A DNA stretch of 56,475 bases, filler included, from Sphacelaria rigidula (Eukaryota), in the NCBI GenBank assembly GCA_964200075.2. It is 7 parts of 7 records of this genome, joined end to end, with 100 filler letters (N's around TTAATTAATTAA, not from the genome) between each part and the next. Parts side by side here need not be neighbours in the genome. Positions count along the whole stretch, not along the records: positions 32,332 to 40,313 come from CAXNAA020012748.1; positions 40,414 to 48,394 come from CAXNAA020012749.1; 5 more parts are not named here. One strand, written 5' to 3'. The notes under the pieces were generated by a model, which did no database searches, was not told the origin of the DNA, and saw nothing but the letters and a program-made list of their open reading frames with translations. Positions 34,097 to 45,078 of this stretch are shown here, piece after piece. Position 1 is the first letter of the stretch; each line of letters starts with the position of its first letter. The translations under genes were made by a program, and so were the position numbers.

Positions 34097-37000
34097 CTGC
34101 GCTCGTGAAACGCGCCGTTTCCAGTTCCCAACCACGGCGATAGCACGAGGCAAGAGGGCGAGGGGCGGGGGCGGGGGGGGGGGCAGGGGATAGGGGACAG
34201 GAGAGGGAGGAATGGTTGGCATCCTCGACAAAAAAAATGTGCATACTGTACGTACCAAGCCAGGACGGAGCTTTAAACTCATTTGCGACAGTAGCAACAA
34301 AAACACGCTATAGGGGTCAGCCAGCCAGCCAGCCAACCGGTGCCCGGCCTCCAGTGCTTTTCGTTGCACCTACTGTGCTCTATGATATTAGCACCGCGGG
34401 GCAGGGAAGGACGTGAAAAGCGGGGCACCAGATGGGTGGGGGGGGGGGAGACAAAACAGACAGATGTGGACAGACACACAGACGCAAACATACACCACGT
34501 AGATCGGCCAGGTTGAGCAGTGAATATCCTAGTTTGCTGCACCCCCCGAATCACATGTATATATTGTCGTAGCGAGATAATCGAGGTGGGACGAATCGGT
34601 CAATCGATGAAATCGATCGACCACGTAAGCATACACACCACACGAGGCCGGCAGGCCGGGAAATATCTCGCCTCGATGCACTATTTTACAACCCCGGTAA
34701 AGCATCACCCCGTCCCCCCTCCCCTCCCAAACCAGACAGGCAGCGCGAGAAATAAGCCACCGAGCTTTCCTCGCCTCTGGGATAACACCCACACACGCGC
34801 GCGCACACACACAAGGCATAAAGGGCGGGCTTGGGGTAAACAACCCACCTAGCTTTTTACAGATCTGGTAAAGAATCGGAATCGTGATGCCGTAGAGGGC
34901 AGGGTTGATGAGCATGTTGGCCCAGAACGCCAGGTCCCTCGTGCCTCGATACTCGCTCGACACCCCCTCCTTGTGAACGAAGACCTGCACGTACAGCAAG
35001 AGCAAAACACACCCACGCATACACAGCGGCACATCATGACACACAAGACACAGATATAACAACAAAAAAGCATCGAAGGCCAAAAAACGATCATGAAAAT
35101 TTTGGCGTCGTTCTCAATCACAGTCGGCATTGCTTTCATGTCGTACGTATACAAATAGGATAAGAATGAGTCCTGGACGCTCTCGTGTGTCTGTAGCATC
35201 AACCGCAGAAACAGCATTATCATCATCATCATCATCAACATCATCAACATCATCATCAACATCATCATCAACAACAACAACAATAACAAATACAACAACA
35301 GCGACAGGAAAACCATGCGCGCGCAGATCGTGAAACAAAGGGAACTTCAACTCGACTGACCATGAACATCAACGCTAGCACCCCTCCGGTGAACCCGATC
35401 ATGACGGGCATCGTTAGGGCGTACGTCGCCCATCGCTTCCAGGCAGGGTACTCCGGCGCGAAGCGCCCGGTGATGTTGTCCAGAGTCTGCTTACCATGGA
35501 ACTGTGATCGCGTCTGCTCCTCTTGCTCGAAGTGAAGCACTCCCCACCTAAATTCCATTTGTGCACAGAAGATTGCAATTTGTTCGTTGAACAAGTTAGT
35601 GTACGCCTGCCTGCTCGAGAGGTGGAGGACTCCCCATCTTGTTGGGAAGGGGGGAGGGAAGGCGGGGGTTGTACTCATGATCTTGCATGCGTAGTCATGC
35701 GACCATTGACCTCGCATCCCTACAAAGCCGGGACGGAGCACGCCGGCATTCGCCGAATCAGGCTCGCAATCAATCACCAAGCGCGAAGCGCCGTGGTGTG
35801 ATCGGCGAGTCACATGAAGGGTGAGCTGCATCCTGCTGAGAATGTTCGGCCCGAAGGGTACTGGTTATCTTGCATTTGGATGACAGCCTACAATGAGTTG
35901 CGTCATTTTCTTGCGTCGCCGCCTCCAGAGACAGCCGTGGCTTATACACTGTCTCACCATAAAAACACTACGGAGTACGATCATCCCCTGTCCGCGGGAT
36001 TCAGGTTCTGCACCTCGCTGCTGTGATCTAACTCGACCACCATAATGGTGACCGGAAAAAAAACGCAAGCGCGCAAAAAAGAAAGGTGACCTGGTTGCCC
36101 AGCTTACGCAGTGAGTGGCGTGTTTCACAGTGCCCTTGCCAACCAACACCAACCTCATAGGGGGTCCGTCCCTGCATAGTCGGGACGGAGCACGCCGGGT
36201 TTTCGCCGGACCGGGCTCGCAATCACTCTCCACGCGCGAAGCGCAGTGATGTTTCCAGCGAGTCGCATGAAAGGTGAACTGCGTCCTGCTGAGGTTAGAT
36301 TGTTCGGCCCAAAGCATACTGCTCGTCTTGCGTAGGGATGACAGCCTAAAACTAGTTGCTTCCTTATCTGGTATCGCCACTTCCACAGACAGCCACGGGT
36401 CACACACTGACTCATAAGTGTCTAGCCTTGTTGTGGGGGCGGGAAGTCGTGCAAATCAATTGCTTTTTTTCGTTTGATGTATGCAACAGCTTGTTTGTAC
36501 AATCGGTGTCAGGGTAAGGAGATATAATTTTCCTGGTGCCCCTCGAAGCGAGAACGATGGCCATGCTCCATTCGATAACCGGAACCACCCGCCACTAGTT
36601 TTACTCCCTCGAGAGCATGAACGCTTCATCACCGCAAGACACAGCAAGAGCAACCAATTTTTTTTGTATGCGTTAAAAAAACACACACACATACACACAT
36701 TGCGCTTCATTCAATGATTTTGGTGGCACGGTTAACCTGCTTCTTGCGTGCGAAATACAGTAAACAAGTGAGACGAAAAAGGGAACCACGCACACTGTCA
36801 ACAACGTGTAAAAACTGACAACAAAATGATTGTTTCTATCCTGTATAAAATACAACATACGACCATCGACTATCCTCCTATTTCTTCACAAGACTTTTTT
36901 GTGTGTGCATATGTGTGTACGCAAACATACTCGCGCATTTGTGTACGGGGTGTGCCGTGTGTGTTGTGCATGCGCGCGCGTGTGCGTGTGTATGTGCTTG

Positions 37001-39510
37001 TTTGTTTATGTTTCGTTATTTTCCAACCTGTAGGCGAGCTCGGAGCAGCGTTGACGCCACAGCACTAGCAGCGCCGATGACCACAGGATAACGAACACAG
37101 CGTAGATCGGCATGAGAGGATGGTCCAGGGTCCCAGCGTGGACCTGCCGCGACACGAGAGAGATAGAAAGGGGAGGGGAGTGCAATACAAATACATGAGA
37201 GGTGAACACAGAGAGATAAGTGGCACGATGATGAGGACGGGAGGCTTTTGAATAGACAAACAAGTTTGATGACGGCATGCAACACATCGGATGTCTTTCT
37301 TGGAGGTGACTTTACCACTCGGTAGCCACCAGATGTTTCTCGGAAATTTATGGTTTGTGCAGGTGCTGATGCATTTCGAATAACACTAAACCTAACCCTA
37401 ACCCTAACCCCAATCCCAACGAAGACATACCGAGAACCCTCGGGCAAGGGGGGTGGAACGTGTTCTCTAGGCGAAGTGTGCGTTGCCAGACCTCAAATCG
37501 GCGCCGATTTAGACAAAAACGCGTTCTGCGCACGCTAGGAGCACGCCAGGAGCATAGCCCCTTCAAAGATCCGGATTTCGGTGTCCACACTAAAATCCAA
37601 TACTGCACCTGTCATAAACCGGAATTTTCCGAGAACTATCTGTCAACTAACGAGTGGTAAGTCTACTGCTTTCTTGGGTTTTTTCTTTCCTCTTTCCATT
37701 TTTTCTTCCTATATCGGTTGTTGACGATGTCCTTAGTCGGTGGCTCTGCGGTACCCACTGGTGTGTGTCTGTGTCTACTCTGCTGCCCTGAATCCCTTAG
37801 GCCTTTTCTATTTCTTTTTTTCCCATCGTTCCATTGTATTTCATTTATTTGCCTTGTACTTTCCTCTTGTTTTCCTTTTTCTTGTTTTAGGTCGGCCATT
37901 TATTTCTGTGCTTTGCTTGTGTTGACTCTCTATTACCTTTTTTTGTCACGACTTAGTCTGCTATGTCGTTCTGTTCGACCCCTCTTTCTTTTTCCTTTTT
38001 TTTCCGTTCCTATTTTTTTCTGTTCCTTTCCTTTTTTTCCTTAGAGCGTGTTTCAGTTTCGTTTTGTCTTGGGTACGTGTATCATGAAACCACGGCTGGA
38101 CCCCTGGAGGGTCAGTTAAAGTGCGATAATCAACCATCAATCAATATCCCTTCCCTGTCTTGTTTACGGAACCCCGGGTGCTCCGTTTATTCCCTCCATT
38201 TTTCTTTCCTTCCTTCCTCATTTTCTCGTTTCTCCTCTTCCTCAGGTTGCCTTCGGCGAGCGTTTGTTTTCCACAATTCATCTTTGGACAAACGCTTTCC
38301 TTGTATCTAATGACCACGGCTAGATGATGACTCGTGGCGGCCCTGTTGAAGCACATCAACGGTCAATAGAATCAGTCGACCAAAGGGTCACCTGTGCGGC
38401 AAAGACGATGACACCGAAGATGCTGGGCACGACAAGCCCCTGAGTGTAGAACCCCATCCACGCAAAATAGAAGGCAGTAGCCTCGCCGAAGTAGTCTGCC
38501 ACGAGTTCCTGAATTGTGAACAAGCAACGAGTAGCCAAAGCAAACAAAAAAACAAAAAAACAGGGGAGCAGAAGCAGCAACAGAAGCAGCCGCAACAGCA
38601 GTAGCAAAAATAAATCCCCAATAGGAGAGGTGTGCGATGTGAGGATTAGCGGTGACGGGACTGGGAAGGCGACCGTGCGTCTGTGATCATGGGTTCCAGA
38701 TATATTGGGCCCATGTGCTGAAATAATACTACTACGTAATAATACCAACAATGATCTTGATACTTGATACTTGTGAGTGATACATACGATGCTCGAAGCA
38801 CAATACTGTCAATACTTATGATACAATACTAGTGATGTCAACGATACTAACAATGCTGATGATACTAATTATAACCGTAATCCCAACCCCAACCAAGGCG
38901 TACCGAGAACCCTTGGGCAAGGGTGCGTGCAAAGGGTGCCCTAGGTAAAATGTGCGTTGGCAAACAGACCTCAAGTCAGCGCCGGTGGCACCGATGTGGA
39001 CAAAAACTATTTCCGCGCACACTAGGACAGTCGAATAAAGATCCAAATATCGGCGTCCATACTAGAATCAAGTATGTTTCGACCATGTGCAGAATGGTTC
39101 CAAGCTGAGACACGCTCCACTGCTCGCTGGGGATTAGTCAACTCGTAAGTTGTTAGTCGTGGGAAATGATCATCGTGTACGCTGTATAGGAGATAGGGAA
39201 CACAGAGCCGCTGGAAAACCGAAAACGTGCTCTCCACCTCGTGAAATTGTTTATTATTTTCACACCACCATGCAAGACAGCGAAACTCGTTCTTGGCTCT
39301 CACCAGAGGCTGCCACATGCTGCCTCTGAGCACAACCATCGCCAACCTCGCAGCTGCGGCGATGGCATCCCCGGCTTCCTCCACCCTCTCCCTCAAGGCC
39401 TCGTACCGAGTGAGCCTTTCCCCGTCATCCTCGTCATCCTCGTCATCGCCATGGTCATTATCCAGCATGCTCTTGTAGCCCTTGATGCCCCCTACCATTG
39501 TTGTTGCCAT
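34029..39510 (-). CDS. Spliced gene, partial: anoctamin/TMEM16-family Ca2+-activated channel or scramblase
   Basis: Exons 39304-39510 (5' limit uncertain), 38392-38508, 37028-37143, 35361-35547, 34849-34984, 34029-34096 join in phase. They give WQPL|ELVADYFGEATAFYFAWMGFY, LWRQRCSELAYR|WG and LNNLENHKTENKFRNALIVK, all anoctamin hallmarks. The C-terminal half was not found on this contig. Confidence 0.9.
34849..34984 (-). CDS. Anoctamin exon VFVHKEG...ICKKL (fourth TM segment)
   Basis: tgcag acceptor, gtgggt donor, phase 0 to 1. Confidence 0.82.
35218..35300. repeat. (CAT/CAA)n trinucleotide microsatellite, intronic
   Basis: Direct inspection. Confidence 0.9.
35361..35547 (-). CDS. Anoctamin exon WGVLHFEQEE...LALMFM (third TM segment)
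   Basis: tttag acceptor, gtcagt donor, phase 2 to 0. Confidence 0.85.
37028..37143 (-). CDS. Anoctamin exon VHAGTLDHP...ELAYR (second TM segment)
   Basis: ggcag acceptor, gttgga donor, phase 0 to 2. Confidence 0.88.
37312..37660. mobile_element. Telomere-repeat MITE family 2 (intronic); related interior at ~38870-39075
   Basis: ~55-bp imperfect TIRs ttaccactcggtag...caggtgc / gcacctgtc...ctaacgagtggtaa. Internal ctaaacctaaccctaaccctaacccc at 37386-37411. Confidence 0.78.
37716..38146 (+). mobile_element. 5'-truncated RTE LINE copy (3' UTR only)
   Basis: Matches the reverse complement of ~27960-28365 (tgtccttagtcggtggct...ccacggctggacccctgg...aaagtgcga) and has a caatcaat tail. Confidence 0.8.
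38392..38508 (-). CDS. Anoctamin exon ELVADYFGE...VFAAQ (first TM segment)
   Basis: ttcag acceptor, gtgacc donor, 117 nt. Confidence 0.9.
39304..39510 (-). CDS. Anoctamin exon ending ...GSMWQPL (start uncertain)
   Basis: gtgaga donor; joins the next exon to form QPLELVADYFGE. Confidence 0.7.
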
Positions 39511-42271
39511 CGTTGAGCCTTCTCGCAGGGACGAGTGGCGGATGGTTTTTCGATGCGATCAACCACACGTTCAAAAACATGAGCCTCAAAGGAGTGAATG
39601 AATCACGAACGCAGCTCATTATTGATTGATCTCGTCTTGTTCAATATTATGCTCTTCAAGACTCATTTTTAGTTATCGTTGTTGAAGTGATGATTGGAGA
39701 TTGTTTACATTGTATCATTGGAAGAAAGGGGACCAACCTGCCTGACACGGCAGATAACACCTCTCCCGTTCGTTTCGCATAATCGGCTCTACTATCAAAC
39801 CAAGCGTATCGATAAACCACGGGCAGCAAAACCCATCATTTCGGTCATCTCGAGTTTTGGGGCTACACCGCTTTAATTGGAGGCCGTGCATTTTACGTAG
39901 ACAACGTACCGGGGTAGCAGCCTGGCAAGGGATGGATCGAGTACAGTAGGGTCGGGTCTTCAAAAACGATTAAAATAATACTCCGTTTTCTTCTTGTGCG
40001 TGTGCCCGCCCGTGCGCGCGCGCGTGTGTGTGTTCGTCCTTGTCGGGAGAAACGTTCCAAGGATGAGCTGGCGACGCTCTTTTATGAGAGACGAGAGCAG
40101 CAGCGAGTCATTCATTTTTACACATGTTCTTGGCCGAGAGGAAGCTGACCCAACTTTCATCAGTGTTTACGTACACATTTAGATGTTCAAATAGGTTCAC
40201 TAACTGCCGTACCCATGTTCAAGGGTCGGACAAATAATGATTCGTCCGAAAATTACTTGGTTTTAGTATGATGAGTCGCCTCGTGACGAATCAATCCCCC
40301 TAGACTTTTATTTNNNNNNNNNNNNNNNNNNNNNNNNNNNNNNNNNNNNNNNNNNNNTTAATTAATTAANNNNNNNNNNNNNNNNNNNNNNNNNNNNNNN
40401 NNNNNNNNNNNNNAAACCCACATGTTTGGCTTCGGGGGCTTTTCGCCTTTCCCTTGCAAAAGCCCCCCCCCCCCCGCCGAGCCCCCCCCCCCCCCCCTGC
40501 CCCCTGGAAACGCTTGTGTATTTCGGACAGTCAGTGGGCGGAGCTATTCCGAGGCGAAGTTGGCAGTCAGAGGATCAAGACTGACTACAGATTTCTCCGA
40601 AAATCTTGCGTGGGATTTATTTTTCAGCATTTTTTCGGTACAAGTAAAAAAGTCGGAAAAGTTTAAATCTTGAGAAAAAATGTTTCATTATTACCCCGTT
40701 AAGGGTCTGCTTTCATAGGCTAGGAAATAGGTTAGGTAAAAAAGTGGTCACTGGGCGTTTTTTTTTTTAACCGTCACAGAGTGATGCTACAATAGGGAAG
40801 GGGGGGGGGTATTTTGGGACATTTCTTCCACGAAATTTCACCGCAAAATCGTCGTTGAAACCAACAACGTTTCGTCGAACGCGCTTGCTACCAACAAGAC
40901 GCTCATTCGTACCACTTGAAACCGTTTTCACCCAAATTCAAATGTACCGTGAGTAGTTAGGTTGTCTGACACACCTATGAGCCCCTGTTTTTTGTGGAAT
41001 CAATCCCCTCCCCCCCCTATCTTAGCATCATTCCAAATCGATGCGTTCTCCAGGGGGGAAGGACAACGCCCGAACACACACACGTACTATACACAGAAAG
41101 CAGGTCACGGCGGACATCACTTAGCACCCCCGAGCTAATGCTGTAGGGCGAGATCGAGCACCAAACGAACGTTGTAGGGCATGTCTAACGAGGGTGTTGT
41201 ACAACGATGGAATCCCTAACGTGTTGTACGTTTCGGTTTTCTAACCAAACTTTTGTTGTAGTGATATGCGGACAGGCGAGCCCAGGCTGCGACCCAGAGA
41301 CACAAGTCACTTTCAAACAGTCGTTTTTCTTGAGAGGAGATGTTACTGCTGTACCAAAGAGGCGCAATACCAGCCACGGGAAGCGGCGTCACCATCTCAA
41401 TTTCTCATTCTTTGTTCGAAAACCACCCTGAGGCATGTACGGAAAACTAGGATATTTTTGTCTCGAGGCCGTATGTGCTATTCTGACGTCATGGAGTCGA
41501 AAAAATACACACTTGTAATCACTAAAAATCCCAGTATCGGGCCAGTCCTAGGATAGCAGCCGTTTTTTTCTACATTCAAGGGCAGCCTGACGCTAGTTGG
41601 AGTAACAGCTCATCATACGTACTGGCCAGGAGTTTATCAGTCGTACATATGCATTGGGTGGTCTTGATGACACGTGCGTCAGCCCCGCTCGACTTCCGTT
41701 CGGGTGTGCAGGGAACAGTGTTTTCGTGAGATTGAGAGTAGAGGATACGATCGAGAGTGAAAAGCGGTCAACTAGAGAATGAATCGCTTCAGTTTCGAGA
41801 TGCCCCTCCACGAGGCCCAGTATGCTTTCCGTAGTAGCTTGCCACTGAGGCCCTTGATATCCCTGAGTAAGATATAGACGTGTAGCTGAAAGCACACGGC
41901 AGTGACGGAGGCTAAGAAAAGCACACGCGGAATGAAAAATTGGCTAAGTTACAGCGAATTATCAAAGTCACTCTCAATCAGCGCTTTACTCTCGATCTCA
42001 CGAAAACGTGAATTCAAACGTTATTGGGGAGGTTCACACGGGGGAACCTACATAGACACATACATGTTGGGCACATTTGAGACCTGAAAATGAGGACTGC
42101 ACACCGTTTCTCGAAAATCGAAGACTCTCGTACGCCCCTAGGCCCCCTGCATATCTTATTTCGCCATTAGGGTGGTTTGTAGGGAGCCGCATAATATGTG
42201 CGTAACGGTGGATTAACTACCCTGCCGGTGTGTGCTGGTGTGTGGATGACTCTTGCTACGCCGCTGTTGTT

Positions 42272-43242
42272 CAGGCTATGCACGTTGCACGTGCCACAGC
42301 GTTACACGTAACGTCCATGTCAAGCTTCAGCCGAAACGTAACGTGAACGTTAAATTGTTTTTACTTAATGAGCGTAACGTAACGTAACGTCACCATTAAA
42401 GTTTCAAATAAAACCTCAACGTAACGTTAACTTTTTCACGTGTCAAACGAAACGTAACGTGAACATTAAATTGTCCAAACTTTCAAAACACGTAATATGA
42501 AACGTCTCATGGAACCTGTAACATCTGCTACACGTTAGACGTGTTGTAGACGTTACACGTGTATTAAACGTTATACGCTACACGCGTATTACACGTTACA
42601 CGTGCATTTGACGTCACACTTCACGTGAACCGTCGTAAACACATTACATGAAGCCGTGCACACTACAACTTTGTAATGAAATCTGAAATCCTACTATAAG
42701 GTTGTGCTTAAAAAAACACGAGTGACTTTGAAAGAACGTAACGTGAACGTTTAACGTTTAACATGCACAGCCTTGGGGAATATAACGGCCATGAAAAAGA
42801 TGAACGATACGCTGTAGAGAAAGTAACATCACACACTCAGATAATGCGCCCACGCTCAAACCTACGATGGGCCACCGTCAGCGTCAATGACACAGTAACG
42901 TCACGCCTTACATGACACGTTACAACGCCTTAAACACTGATAAATGAGCGGCGACGTGCACAGAATGAGACGTTACATTCAAACGGTACACGTGTCAGTG
43001 AAACGTGATATTAGACGTTGAACGTGAGATTGAAACGTCTTATGTTACGTTACATGTAACGAAACGTGAGGTCATTTTTCAACGTGATGAACATTGCGTA
43101 GTGCGACCGTTAAAATTACAAATGAAACGTTTAGGTAACGTTAATTGTATTTAACGTGCCAAACGAAACGCTACTTGAACGTCACATTCTACAGACGTCA
43201 TGAATGTAAGGTGAACGTGAGCGTGTTATGTGCAGAGCCTTG
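42272..43242. mobile_element. TIR-bounded non-coding element saturated with ACGT motifs
   Basis: Left end caggctatgcac; right ends atgcacagccttg (42775) and gtgcagagccttg (43242). Roughly 45-50 ACGT by manual count. Confidence 0.7.
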
Positions 43243-43441
43243 TTATTTTTGGTGACATGTATCTTGAATACAACTTTTGTTTTGGACGAAGTCTGTCAAC
43301 GGGTTGTTGTGATAATGCCCTGAGGCTATGTACTCACATGATTTTCATGCAAAGCCTTCGGCTATGACTCCGACGTCCTGCGGCGTTGCCGTAGATCCGG
43401 CGCGTTCGGACGCCGGAACTCAGAATTTACGGGTTTCAATA

Positions 43442-44060
43442 GTCTAGGACCATATTCTATATCAGCCACCTATCTCGATTTTTATACAGATCGGGGGAAA
43501 GAAAATCCCGCTACGCATTTTATGAACCCCGACCTGGCCCAGACCATAATTGAAAAATCGGGTTGTCACGATTACAAACGATTTCCTCCGAATTTTCAAA
43601 AAATCGGGGGAATCGGGGGAAATTTGGGGTCCCCTCGATTTCGAGGAGATGACGTACTTACATTGCGACGTACGATGGTAGGTTACGAGGCGTTTGGTAC
43701 TTTTCAACCGCATCAGAAGACAGTCTCGTGACAGCGTAGGGCGCGCCTGCCGGCGCCAGCTGCTGACGCAGCTTTGCACGGGGTTTGACAAGCGGGTGAT
43801 ATGTGTTGACGTGCCGTACCCTGCGGTGATGGTAATATTTTATGCTGCACTGGGCTGGATATGTATGGCCATACCCAACGGTACTGTACTATCCTAGTCT
43901 ATTACCAAGGTACTTACACGGTGATGTATGGCACTACAATACTGAACTCTTCTCGCACACAGTCTCTTCACTACTCTCACAATACCGACTGCGCCATCAT
44001 GTATTACCACACGGCATTATCATGTACTGTAAGGATCGAGTGCCCTGAACTGTATTACCC
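43442..44060. repeat. Inverted homolog of the 60-720 repeat
   Basis: See the feature at 60-720. Confidence 0.7.
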
Positions 44061-44765
44061 TAGGGCAGCAAGGTACGACACTGTACTCGGAGGGTTATTC
44101 ATCGCCTGCTGCTCTTCGGCTTCACGAGTACGGAATACCACACTTATTATGTAGAAAGTCACTGTCTGTGACAAAACTATTTCACGAATCGAAATCTGTG
44201 ATAATAATGGTCCCCCCCGGTTTTGAGCTTTCGCAAATATGAGTCCCCCCGGTTTTGAAGAAATCGGGGTCTCCACAAACTCGAGATTCGTTGCCAAAGT
44301 CGGTCTAAGCCCGCTAAACCCAGAATAAAAGTGGTTGCGCCGCACTTTGCGAACCTTAACGTGATTCTAGAGAGAGCCGTGTCCAATCAAGACGGGAAAA
44401 AAAGAGAAGGAGTGGGAAAAGGAACATGCGTTCAAAAGTAGCATGTTGATTCTTGATTGATCACCGGGCGGGTCGAGCGGTCGCGATCACTCATCATGCT
44501 GCATTTGGACACTTGTTCCTCCTCCCGCTTCTTTTCTTCTCAACAAGAGGCGGCCTTCATGACGCCGCTGAGTCGTCATTGCCAGCAACAACAGCAATAA
44601 CACAACAACAGTAAACCCACCTCAACCAAGCCACAAAAAGCAAGTCGGCGTGTGCATACCCCGGAGCAAAATGGACGCCTTCGGGTAACCTCTGACAGGT
44701 AGGTGACAAGTACACAGTAGATTCTAGTTTTTTGTTCGTCCTTTTTTTCTAACTTTCCTTTTCAT

Positions 44766-45078
44766 CAGGGTGTTGCACTTTTTTTCCGATCGGAAAAATG
44801 AGACGGTGAAATCGATTTTTGAGCGAAATTCGTTCATTTTTCTCGAGTCGGGTCCAAGCGAATGTCAAGCTTTCGATCGAAAAAAGACAGCGAAATTCGC
44901 GAAACGGTTCATGGTCACTCATGTACAGTATAGACAGTCTGTACTGTCTACGTCTACACTGCTTGCAAGCAGTGTATTAAGTGCGTGTGTGCGTGTTTCG
45001 TGCTGCAGGAGGATGAAGAGGGGGAAACACGGGCAACGTGCAGTGCAGACAGCCCAGGACTTCATCAGTTCTCTCTGC
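44766..45078 (+). mobile_element. Second copy of the 6220-6525 repeat
   Basis: Colinear similarity; 22-bp perfect palindrome tacactgcttgcaagcagtgta at 44955-44976. Confidence 0.75.
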
